From the human T2T-CHM13v2.0 reference genome, Homo sapiens, in assembly GCF_009914755.1 (NCBI RefSeq), contig NC_060948.1: DNA of 64,000 nt. The stretch is one strand, 5' to 3'. Positions 1 through 12,395 of this stretch are shown piece by piece. Both the position numbers and the translations under genes were made by a program. Below the pieces are notes generated by a model that saw only the letters and a program-made list of their open reading frames with translations, was not told where the DNA came from and searched no databases. Position 1 is the first letter of the stretch; each line of letters begins with the position of its first letter.

Positions 1-1080
1 GGAATAGAAAGGAATGGAATGAAATGGAATGGAAAGGATTCGAATGGAATGCAATCGAATGGAATGGAATCGAACGGAATGGAATAAAATGGAAGAAAAC
101 TGGCAAGAAAGGGAATCGATATGAATGGAGTGTTATGGAACGGACTCAAAAGGAATTGAATGTAATAGAATGGAGTGGAGTGGACTCGAATATAATGGAC
201 TGGAATGGAATGAAATCACATGGAATGGGAACGAATGGAATGGAATGGAAAGGAATGGAATCGAATGGAAAGGAATCGAATGGAAGGGAATGAAATTGAA
301 TCAACAGGAATGGAAGGGAATAGAATAGACGGTAATGGAATGGACTCGAATAGAATGGACACGAATGCTGAAATTGAATGGACTCGAATGGAATGGAAAC
401 GAAAGGAATGTCATCGAATGGAATTGAATCGATTGGAATGAAATCGCATAGAATGGAGTGGAATCAAATGGAATTGAATCGAAAGGAAAGGAAGCGAATG
501 GACTGAAATGAAATGGAATGGAATTGAATGGAAAGTAATGCAATGGAATAGAATGGAACGAAATTTCACGGAATGGAATCAAACTGAATGGAATCAAATC
601 AATGGAATCCAATCAAATGGAATGGAGTAGATTGGATTGGATGGGATTGGAATGAAATGTACTGGAAAGGACTCGAATTTCATGAAACGGAATGGAATGA
701 ATTGGAACGGAATGGACTCGAATGGAATGGAATGTCATAGAATGGCATCAAATGGAATGGCATCAAATGGAATGGAATCGAATGCAATGGAATGCTATGG
801 AATGGAATGGAATGCATTGGAATGGAATGTCCTCTAATGGAATGGATTCGAGTGGAATGGAATCGAATATAATGGAGTCGAATGAAATGGAATTGAAAGG
901 AATGGGATCGAATACAATGGAATATACTGGAATGTAATGTAATGAACTGGAATGTAATTGACTGGAATGGAATGTACATGAATGGAATGTAATCGAATGG
1001 AAAGTAATCCAATGGAATAGAATCTAATGCAATAAAATAGACTCAGATAGAGTAGAATGTAATGGAATGGAGTGCAGTGC

Positions 1081-1155
1081 AATGGAATGGAATGGAATGG
1101 AATGCAATGGAATGGAATGGAATGGAATGGAATGGAATGGAATGGAATGGAATGG
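1081..1155 (+). repeat. Pure (AATGG)n microsatellite tract inside each unit, length-variable
   Basis: It follows GAGTGCAGTGC and has the form (AATGG)4 AATGC (AATGG)n GATGG. n=10 here, 12 at ~11812, and 5 at ~26062, ~40277 and ~47364. Confidence 0.9.
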
Positions 1156-1382
1156 GATGGAATGGTATGGAATGGATAGTAATGGACTGGAGTGAAATTG
1201 ACTGGAAAGGAATGGACTCAAATTGAAAGGGCTCGAAAGGAATGGAGTCAAATGGAATGGTCTGGAATGGAATGAACACGAATGTAATGCAATCCAATAG
1301 AATGGAATCGAATGGCATGGAATATAAAGAAATGGAATCGAAGAGAATGGAAACAAATGGAATGGAATTGAATGGAATGGAA

Positions 1383-1536
1383 TTGAATGGAATGGGAACG
1401 AATGGAGTGAAATTGTATGCAGTAGAAGGGAATAGAATGGAATGCAAGCGAAAGGAAAGGAATGGATTGGAATGGAATGGAATTCATTGGAATGGAAGGG
1501 AATGTAGTGTAATGGACAGGCCTGGAATAAAGTGGA
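1383..1536 (+). other. DYZ1 diagnostic segment corresponding to the classical Y-specific sexing PCR amplicon (154 bp), repeated in every unit
   Basis: TTGAATGGAATGGGAACGAATGG (1383-1405) and GGACAGGCCTGGAATAAAGTGGA (1514-1536; reverse complement TCCACTTTATTCCAGGCCTGTCC) match the Y1.1/Y1.2 DYZ1 primers as I recall them. I have not checked this against a database. Confidence 0.8.
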
Positions 1537-1893
1537 ATGCTACGGTCTCGAATGGAATAAAAATGTATGGAATGGAATGCAATGAAACGGAATCGAATGT
1601 CATAGAATGTAATGGAATGCAAAAAAATGGAATCCAAAATCATTGACTGGAAAGGCTGGGTGTCGAAAGGAATTGACTGCAATGGAATGGAATCAAATGG
1701 AATGGAAGTGAATAGAATCGAACTAAATCGAATGGAATGGAATTGATAGGAACGGAATGGAAAGGAATGCAATGATTTGGCATGGAATGGAATCGAATGG
1801 CATCGAATGGAATGGAATGGAATGCAATGGAATGGAATGTATTAGAATGTAATGAACATTAGTGGAATGTACTCGAAAGGATTCGACTGGAAT

Positions 1894-1908
1894 GGAATGT
1901 TCTGGAAG
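1894..1908. promoter_or_regulatory. Perfect heat-shock element consensus (nGAAnnTTCnnGAAn), site 1 of each unit
   Basis: The sequence gGAAtgTTCtgGAAg is present in all 18 units. The motif match is exact, but function is only inferred. Confidence 0.5.
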
Positions 1909-2172
1909 TGAATGGACTCCAATAGAATGGATTCGAAAGGAATGGAATCGAACGGAATGGATTCTAATGGAATGGAATTAAATGGAAATGAATCAAATTG
2001 AATAGCACGGAATTGAATTGAATGGAATCGAATGCAATGGAATCTAATGAAACGGAAAGGAAAGAATGGAATGGAATAGAATGGGGTGGAATGGAAAGGA
2101 ATCGAAACGAATGGAATGGAAGCGAACTGAAGAGACTGGAATGGAATGCACTGGAATGGAAGGGAGTGTAAT

Positions 2173-2187
2173 GGAAGGTTCTCGAAA
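2173..2187. promoter_or_regulatory. Perfect heat-shock element consensus, site 2 of each unit
   Basis: The sequence gGAAggTTCtcGAAa is present in all 18 units. The motif match is exact, but function is only inferred. Confidence 0.5.
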
Positions 2188-5100
2188 AAAATGGAATCGA
2201 ATGGAATGGAATTGAATGGAACAGAATAGAGTCGAATGGAATTGAATGGAATGGAATGGACTAGAGTGAAATGGAATCGAACCACAAGGAATGGACTGGA
2301 ATAGAATGGTCTCGAATTGAATGGAATCGTACGGAATGGCATCAAACGGAATGGAATGGACAGCCACGGAATGGAATGCACTCGAATGCAATGGAGTCGA
2401 AACTAATGGACTGGAATAGAATGGACTCGACTGGTACGGACTCCAATGGAATGGAATCGAATGGAAGGGAATCGAACGGAATGGACTCGAAGGGAAAAGA
2501 CTGTAATGGAAAGGTCTCGAATGGAATGGAAATTAATGGGATGGAATGGAATCGAATGAAATGGAGTCAGAAGGAATGGAATCGAATGGCAAGAAATCGA
2601 ATGTAATGGAATCGCAAGGAATTGATGTGAACGGAACGGAATGGAATGGAATCCAAAGGAATGGAATAGAATGGAATGGAATCGAATGGAAAGGACTCGA
2701 ATGGAAATCACTCGAATAGAATGCAATTTAATAAAATAGGATCAAATGTAATATAATGGAATGGAAAGGAATCGAAACGGAAGGAATGGAGACAGGTGGA
2801 ATGGAATGGAACAGAGAGCAATGGTATAGAATGGAATGGAATCATCTGGAATGGAATTGAATGGAATGGAATAATATGAAATGGAATGGAATGGAATGGA
2901 ATGGAATGCCCTTGAATTAAATGGACTGAACTCGAACAGAGTGGAATGGAAAGTGTTGAGATAGAATGGAATGGACTCCTTTGGAATGGTGTAGTATGCA
3001 ATGCAATCGACTGGCAGGGAATCAAAAGGAATGTAATCGAATGGATTGGACTGGAATGCAATGGACTCGAATAGATTGGAAACGGAATGCAAAGGAATGG
3101 AATGGAATAGTATGGAATGCAATGGAAGGGAATGGAGTGGAATAGACTAGAGTGGAATGGAATGGACTGGAAAGCAATGGACTGGAATGGAACTTTCTTG
3201 GATGGATTGGAATCAAACGGAATGGAATGCAATGCAATCAAATGGCATGGAATAAAATAGAATGAAAGAGAATCAAATGGAATTGAATCGAATGGAATCG
3301 AATGGATTGGAAAGGAATAGAATGGAATGGAATGGAATTGACTCAAATGGAATGGACTAGAATGGAATGGATTCGAATGGAAGGCAAAGGAATGGAATCT
3401 ATTGGAATGGACTGTAATGGAATGGAATGGAAGGGATTGGAATGGACTCGAATGGAATGGACTGCAATAGAAAGGATTCGAATGGAATGAAAAAGAATTG
3501 AATGGAATAGAACAGAATGGAATCAAATCGAATGAAATGGAATGGAATAGAAAGGAATGGAATGAAATGGAATGGAAAGGATTCGAATGGAATGCAATCG
3601 AATGGAATGGAATCGAACGGAATGGAATAAAATGGAAGAAAACTGGCAAGAAATGGAATCGAAATGAATGGAGTGTTATGGAACGGACTCAAAAGGAATT
3701 GAATGTAATAGAATGGAGTGGAGTGGACTCGAATATAATGGACTGGAATGGAATGAAATCACATGGAATGGGAACGAATGGAATGGAATGGAAAGGAATG
3801 GAATCGAATGGAAAGGAATCGAATGGAAGGGAATGAAATTGAATCAACACGAATGGAAGGGAATAGAATAGACTGTAATGGAATGGACTCGAATAGAATG
3901 GACACGAATGCTCAAATTAAATGGACTCGAATGGAATGGAAACGAAAGGAATGTCATCGAATGGAATTGAATCGATTGGAATGAAATCGCATAGAATGGA
4001 GTGGAATCAAATGGAATTGAATCGAAAGGAAAGGAAGCGAATGGACTGAAATGAAATGGAACGGAATTGAATGGAAAGTAATGCAATGGAATAGAATGGA
4101 ACGAAATTTCACGGAATGGAATCAAACTGAATGGAATCAAATCAATGGAATCAAATCAAATGGAATGGAAAGGAATTGAATGGAGTAGATGGGATTGGAT
4201 GGGATTGGAATGAAATGTACTGGAAAGGACTCGAATTTCATGAAACGGAATGGAATGAATTGGAACGGAATGGACTCGAATGGAATGGAATGTCATGGGA
4301 TGGCATCAAATGGAATGGCATTAAATGGAATGGAATCGAATGCAATGGAATGCTATGGAATGGAATGGAATGCATTGGAATGGAATGTCCTCTAATGGAA
4401 TGGATTCGAGTGGAATGGAATGGAATATAATGGAGTCGAATGAAATGGAATTGAAAGGAATGGGATCGAATACAATGGAATATACTGGAATGTAACGTAA
4501 TGAACGCGAATGTAATTGACTGGAATGGAATGTACATGAATGGAATGTAATCGAATGGAAAGTAATCCAATGGAATAGAATCTAATGCAATAAAATCGAC
4601 TCAGATAGAGTAGAATGTAATGGAATGGAGTGCAGTGCAATGGAATGGAATGGAATGGAATGCAATGGAATGGAATGGAATGGAATGCAATGGAATGGAA
4701 TGGAATGGAATGGAATGGGATGGAATGGTATGGAATGGATAGTAATGGACTGGAGTGAAATGGACTGGAAAGGAATGGACTCAAATTGAAAGGGCTCGAA
4801 AGGAATGGAGTCAAATGGAATGGTCTGGAATGGAATGAACACGAATGTAATGCAACCCAATAGAATGGAATCGAATGGCATGGAATATAAAGAAATGGAA
4901 TCGAAGAGAATGGAAACAAATGGAATGGAATTGAATGGAATGGAATTGAATGGAATGGGAACGAATGGAGTGAAATTGTATGCAGTAGAAGAGAATAGAA
5001 TGGAATGCAAGCGAAAGGAAATGAATGGATTGGAATGGAATGGAATTCATTGGAATGGAAGGGAATGTAGTGTAATGGACAGGCCTGGAATAAAGTGGAA

Positions 5101-6777
5101 TGCTACGGTCTCGAATGGAATAAAAATGTATGGAATGGAATGCAATGAAACGGAATCGAATGTCATAGAATGTAATGGAATGCAAAAAAATGGAATCCAA
5201 AATCATTGACTGGAAAGGCTGGGTGTCGAAAGGAATTGACTCCAATGGAATGGAATCGAATGGAATGGAAGTGAATAGAATCGAACTAAATCGAATGGAA
5301 TGGAATTGATAGGAACGGAATGGAAAGGAATGCAATGATTTGGCATGGAATGGAATCGAATGGCATCGAATGGAATGGAATGGATTGCAATGGAATGGAA
5401 TGTATTAGAATGTAATGAACTTTAATGGAATGTACTCGAATGGATTCGACTGGAATGGAATGTTCTGGAAGTGAATGGACTCCAATGGAATGGATTCAAA
5501 AGGAATGGAATCGTACGGAATGGAATCTAATGGAATGGAATTAAATGGAAATGAATCAAATTGAATAGCACGGAATTGAATTGAATGGAATGGAATGCAA
5601 TGGAATCTAATGAAACGGAAAGGAAAGGAATGGAATGGAATGGAATGGGCTGGAATGGAAAGGAATCGAAACGAATGGAATGGAATCGAAGTGAAGAGAC
5701 TGGAATGGAATGCACTGGAATGGAAGGGAGTGTAATGGAAGGTTCTCGAAAAAAATGGAATCGAATGGAATGGAATTGAATGGAACGGAATAGAGTCGAA
5801 TGGAATTGAATGGAATGGAATGGACTAGAGTGAAATGGAATCGAACCACAAGGAATGGACAGGAATAGAATGGTCTCGAATTGAATGGAATCGTATGGAA
5901 TGGCATCAAACGGAATGGAATGGACAGCCACGGAATGGAATGCACTCGAATGCAATGGAGTCGAAACTAATGGACTGGAATAGAATGGACTCGACTGGTA
6001 CGGACTCCAATGGAATGGAATCGAATGGAAGGGAATCGAACGGAAGGGAATCGGACGGAATGGACTCGAAGAGAAAAGACTGCAATGGAAAGGTCTCGAA
6101 TGGAATGGAAATTAATGGAATGGAATGGAATCGAATGAAATGGAGTCAAAAGGAATGGAATCGAATGGCAAGAAATCGAATGTAATGGAATCGCAAGGAA
6201 TTGATGTGAACGGAACGGAATGGAATGGAATCCAAAGGAATGGAATAGAATGGAATGGAATCGAATGGAAAGGACTCCAATGGAAATCACTCGAATAGAA
6301 TGCAATTTAATAAAATAGGATCAAATGTAATGGAATGGAATGGAAAGGAATCGAAACGAAAGGAATGGAGACAGATGGAATGGAATGGAACAGAGAGCAA
6401 TGGTATAGAATGGAATGGAATCATCTGGAATGGAATTGAATGGAATGGAATAATATGAAATGGAATGGAATGGAATGGAATGGAATGCCCTTGAATTAAA
6501 TGGACTGGAATGGAATGGACTCAAACAGAGTGGAATGGAAAGTGTTGAGATAGAATGGAATGAACTTCTTTGGAATGGTCTAGTAGGCAATGCAATCGAT
6601 TGGCAGGGAATCAAAAGGAATGTAATCGAATGGATTGGACTGGAATGCAATGGACTCGAATAGATTGGAAACGGAATGCAAAGGAATGGAATGGAATAGT
6701 ATGGAATGGAATGGAAAGGAATGGAGTGGAATAGACTAGAGTGGAATGGAATGGACTGGAAAGCAATGGACTGGAAT

Positions 6778-6792
6778 GGAACTTTCTTGAAT
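6778..6792. promoter_or_regulatory. Perfect heat-shock element consensus, site 3 (polymorphic between units)
   Basis: gGAActTTCttGAAt in 13 units. The third block is changed to GGA (TTCttGGAt) in 5 units, at ~3189, 13910, 17459, 28125 and 31674. Confidence 0.45.
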
Positions 6793-9700
6793 GGACTGGA
6801 ATCAAACGGAATGGAATGCAATGCAATCAAATGGCATGGAATAAAATAGAATGAAAGAGAATCAAATGGAATTGAATCGAATGGAATCGAATGGATTGGA
6901 AAGGAATAGAATGGAATGGAATGGAATGGACTCAAATGGAATGGACTAGAATGGAATGGATTCGAATGGAAGGCAAAGGAATGGAATCTATTGGAATGGA
7001 CTGTAATGGAATGGAATGGAAGGGATTGGAATGGACTCGAATGGAATGGACTGCAATAGAAAGGATTCGAATGGAATGAAAAAGAATTGAATGGAATAGA
7101 ACAGAATGGAAACAAATCGAATGAAATGGAATGGAATAGAAAGGAATGGAATGAAATGGAATGGAAAGGATTCGAATGGAATGCAATCGAATGGAATGGA
7201 ATCGAACGGAATGGAATAAAATGGAAGAAAACTGGCAAGAAATGGAATCGAAATGAATGGAGTGTTATGGAACGGACTCAAAAGGAATTGAATGTAATAG
7301 AATGGAGTGGAGTGGACTCGAATATAATGGACTGGAATGGAATGAAATCACATGGAATGGGAACGAATGGAATGGAATGGAAAGGAATGGAATCGAATGG
7401 AAAGGAATCGAATGGAAGGGAATGAAATTGAATCAACAGGAATGGAAGGGAATAGAATAGACGGTAATGGAATGGACTCGAATAGAATGGACACGAATGC
7501 TCAAATTGAATGGACTCGAATGGAATGGAAACGAAAGGAATGTCATCGAATGGAATTGAATCGATTGGAATGAAATCGCATAGAATGGAGTGGAATCAAA
7601 TGGAATTGAATCGAAAGGAAAGGAAGCGAATGGACTGAAATGAAATGGAATGGAATTGAATGGAAAGTAATGCAATGGAATAGAATGGAACGAAATTTCA
7701 CGGAATGGAATCAAACTGAATGGAATCAAATCAATGGAATCAAATCAAATGGAATGGAAAGGAATTGAATGGAGTAGATTGGATTGGATGGGATTGGAAT
7801 GAAATGTACTGGAAAGGACTCGAATTTCATGAAACGGAATGGAATGAATTGGAACGGAATGGACTCGAATGGAATGGAATGTCATGGAATGGCATCAAAT
7901 GGAATGGCATCAAATGGAATGGAATCGAATGCAATGGAATGCTATGGAATGGAATGGAATGCATTGGAATGGAATGTCCTCTAATGGAATGGATTCGAGT
8001 GGAATGGAATCGAATATAATGGAGTCGAATGAAATGGAATTGAAAGGAATGGGATCGAATACAATGGAATATACTGGAATGTAATGTAATGAACTCGAAT
8101 GTAATTGACTGGAATGGAATGTAATCGAATGGAAAGTAATCCAATGGAATAGAATCTAATGCAATAAAATCGACTCAGATAGAGTAGAATGTAATGGAAT
8201 GGAGTGCAGTGCAATGGAATGGACTGGAATGGAATGCAATGGAATGGAATGGAATGGAATGGAATGGAATGGAATGGAATGGAATGGAATGGGATGGAAT
8301 GGTATGGAATGGATAGTAATGGACTGGAATGAAATGGACTGGAAAAGAATGGACTCAAATTGAAAGGGCTCGAAAGGAATGGAGTCAAATGGAATGGTCT
8401 GGAAAGGAATGAACACGAATGTAATGCAATCCAATAGAATGGAATCAAATGGCATGGAATATAAAGAAATGGAATCGAAGAGAATGGAAACAAATGGAAT
8501 GGAATTGAATGGAATGGAATTGAATGGAATGGGAACGAATGGAGTGAAATTGTATGTAGTAGAAGAGAATAGAATGGAATGCAAGCGAAAGGAAAGGAAT
8601 GGATTGGAATGGAATGGAATTCATTGGAATGGAAGGGAATGTAGTGTAATGGACAGGCCTGGAATAAAGTGGAATGCTACGGTCTCGAATGGAATAAAAA
8701 TGTATGGAATGGAATGCAATGAAACGGAATCGAATGTCATAGAATGTAATGGAATGCAAAAAAATGGAATCCAAAATCATTGACTGGAAAGGCTGGGTGT
8801 CGAAAGGAATTGACTCCAATGGAATGGAATCGAATGGAATGGAAGTGAATAGAATCGAACTAAATCGAATGGAATGGAATTGATAGGAACGGAATGGAAA
8901 GGAATGCAATGATTTGGCATGGAATGGAATCGAATGGCATCGAATGGAATGGAATGGAATGCAATGGAATGGAATGTATTAGAATGTAATGAACTTTAAT
9001 GGAATGTACTCGAATGGATTCGACTGGAATGGAATGTTCTGGAAGTGAATGGACTCCAATGGAATGGATTCAAAAGGAATGGAATCGTACGGAATGGAAT
9101 CTAATGGAATGGAATTAAATGGAAATGAATCAAATTGAATAGCACGGAATTGAATTGAATGGAAAGGAATGCAATGGAATCTAATGAAACGGAAAGGAAA
9201 GGAATGGAATGGAATGGAATGGACTGGAATGGAAAGGAATCGAAACGAATGGAATGGAATCGAACTGAAGAGACTGGAATGGAATGCACTGGAATGGAAG
9301 GGAGTGTAATGGAAGGTTCTCGAAAAAAATGGAATCGAATGGAATGGAATTGAATGGAACGGAATAGAGTCGAATGGAATTGAATGGAATGGAATAGACT
9401 AGAGTGAAATGGAATCGAACCACAAGGAATGGACAGGAATAGAATGGTCTCGAATTGAATGGAATCGTATGGAATGGCATCAAACGGAATGGAATGGACA
9501 GCCACGGAATGGAATGCACTCGAATGCAATGGAGTCGAAACTAATGGACTGGAATAGAATGGACTCGACTGGTACGGACTCCAATGGAATGGAATCGAAT
9601 GGAAGGGAATCGAACGGAAGGGAATCGAACGGAATGGACTCGAAGGGAAAAGACTGCAATGGAAAGGTCTCGAATGGAATGGAAATTAATGGAATGGAAT

Positions 9701-12395
9701 GGAATCGAATGAAATGGAGTCAAAAGGAATGGAATCGAATGGCAAGAAATCGAATGTAATGGAATCGCAAGGAATTGATGTGAACGGAACGGAATGGAAT
9801 GGAATCCAAAGGAATGGAATAGAATGGAATGGAATCGAATGGAAAGGACTCCAATGGAAATCACTCGAATAGAATGCAATTTAATAAAATAGGATCAAAT
9901 GTAATGGAATGGAATGGAAAGGAATCGAAACGAAAGGAATGGAGACAGATGGAATGGAATGGAACAGAGAGCAATGGTATAGAATGGAATGGAATCATCT
10001 GGAATGGAATTGAATGGAATGGAATAATATGAAATGGAATGGAATGGAATGGAATGGAATGCCCTTGAATTAAATGGACTGGAATGGAATGGACTCAAAC
10101 AGAGTGGAATGGAAAGTGTTGAGATAGAATGGAATGAACTTCTTTGGAATGGTCTAGTAGGCAATGCAATCGACTGGCAGGGAATCAAAAGGAATGTAAT
10201 CGAATAGATTGGACTGGAATGCAATGGACTCGAATAGATTGGAAACGGAATGCAAAGGAATGGAATGGAATAGTATGGAATGGAATGGAAAGGAATGGAG
10301 TGGAATAGACTAGAGTGGAATGGAATGGACTGGAAAGCAATGGACTGGAATGGAACTTTCTTGAATGGACTGGAATCAAACGGAATGGAATGCAATGCAA
10401 TCAAATGGCATGGAATAAAATAGAATGAAAGAGAATCAAATGGAATTGAATCGAATGGAATCGAATGGATTGGAAAGGAATAGAATGGAATGGAATGGAA
10501 TTGACTCAAATGGAATGGACTAGAATGGAATGGATTCGAATGGAAGGCAAAGGAATGGAATCTATTGGAATGGACTGTAATGGAATGGAATGGAAGGGAT
10601 TGGAATGGACTCGAATGGAATGGACTGCAATAGAAAGGATTCGAATGGAATGAAAAAGAATTGAATGGAATAGAACAGAATGGAATCTAATCGAATGAAA
10701 TGGAATGGAATAGAAAGGAATGGAATGAAATGGAATGAAAAGGATTCGAATGGAATGCAATCGAATGGAATGGAATCGAACGGAATGGAATAAAATGGAA
10801 GAAAACTGGCAAGAAATGGAATCGAAATGAATGGAGTGTTATGGAACGGACTCAAAAGGAATTGAATGTAATAGAATGGAGTGGAGTGGACTCGAATATA
10901 ATGGACTGGAATGGAATGAAATCACATGGAATGGGAACGAATGGAATGGAATGGAAAGGAATGGAATCGAATGGAAAGGAATCGAATGGAAGGGAATGAA
11001 ATTGAATCAACAGGAATGGAAGGGAATAGAATAGACGGTAATGGAATGGACTCGAATAGAATGGACACGAATGCTCAAATTGAATGGACTCGAATGGAAT
11101 GGAAACGAAAGGAATGTCATCGAATGGAATTGAATCGATTGGAATGAAATCGCATAGAATGGAGTGGAATCAAATGGAATTGAATCGAAAGGAAAGGAAG
11201 CGAATGGACTGAAATGAAATGGAATGGAATTGAATGGAAAGTAATGCAATGGAATAGAATGGAACGAAATTTCACGGAATGGAATCAAACTGAATGGAAT
11301 CAAATCAATGGAATCAAATCAAATGGAATGGAAAGGAATTGAATGGAGTAGATTGGATTGGATGGGATTGGAATGAAATGTACTGGAAAGGACTCGAATT
11401 TCATGAAACGGAATGGAATGAATTGGAACGGAATGGACTCGAATGGAATGGAATGTCATGGAATGGCATCAAATGGAATGGCATCAAATGGAATGGAATC
11501 GAATGCAATGGAATGCTATGGAATGGAATGGAATGCATTGGAATGGAATGTCCTCTAATGGAATGGATTCGAGTGGAATGGAATCGAATATAATGGAGTC
11601 GAATGAAATGGAATTGAAAGGAATGGGATCGAATACAATGGAATATACTGGAATGTAATGTAATGAACTCGAATGTAATTGACTGGAATGGAATGTAATC
11701 GAATGGAAAGTAATCCAATGGAATAGAATCTAATGCAATAAAATCGACTCAGATAGAGTAGAATGTAATGGAATGGAGTGCAGTGCAATGGAATGGAATG
11801 GAATGGAATGCAATGGAATGGAATGGAATGGAATGGAATGGAATGGAATGGAATGGAATGGAATGGAATGGGATGGAATGGTATGGAATGGATAGTAATG
11901 GACTGGAATGAAATGGACTGGAAAAGAATGGACTCAAATTGAAAGGGCTCGAAAGGAATGGAGTCAAATGGAATTGTCTGGAATGGAATGAATACGAATG
12001 TAATGCAATCCAATAGAATGGAATCGAATGGCATGGAATATAAAGAAATGGAATCGAAGAGAATGGAAACAAATGGAATGGAATTGAATGGAATGGAATT
12101 GAATGGAATGGGAACGAATGGAGTGAAATTGTATGCAGTAGAAGAGAATAGAATGGAATGCAAGCGAAAGGAAAGGAATGGATTGCAATGGAATGGAATT
12201 CATTGGAATGGAAGGGAATGTAGTGTAATGGACAGGCCTGGAATAAAGTGGAATGCTACGGTCTCGAATGGAATAAAAATGTATGGAATGGAATGCAATG
12301 AAACGGAATCGAATGTCATCGAATGTAATGGAATGCAAAAAAATGGACTCCAAAATCATTGACTGGAAAGGCTGGGGGTCGAAAGGAATTGACTG

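Larger units (their letters stand above)
1518..5080 (+). repeat. DYZ1: Representative single DYZ1 unit (StuI to StuI, 3563 bp)
   Basis: Unique landmarks recur once per unit in fixed order: GGCTGGGTGTCG, GGACAGCCACGG, ATTTAATAAAATAGG, GCCCTTGAATT, GAAGAAAACTGGCAAG, GTCCTCTAATGG, GAGTGCAGTGC. Confidence 0.95.

Noticed and set aside
292-305. DUX4-like motif AAATTGAATCA
   Set aside because: It lacks the TAA start of the DUX4 consensus and is easily generated from the pentamer background.
675-690. GAATTTCATGAA and GAAATTTCACGGA as further heat-shock elements
   Set aside because: Only two correctly spaced blocks are present in each. The third block is mis-spaced or mismatched.
2725-2740. AATAAA poly(A)-like signals (e.g. 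TTTAATAAAATAGG), several per unit
   Set aside because: AATAAA arises easily by substitution in A-rich GGAAT pentamers, there is no clear downstream GU/U-rich element, and no transcript evidence is available from sequence alone.
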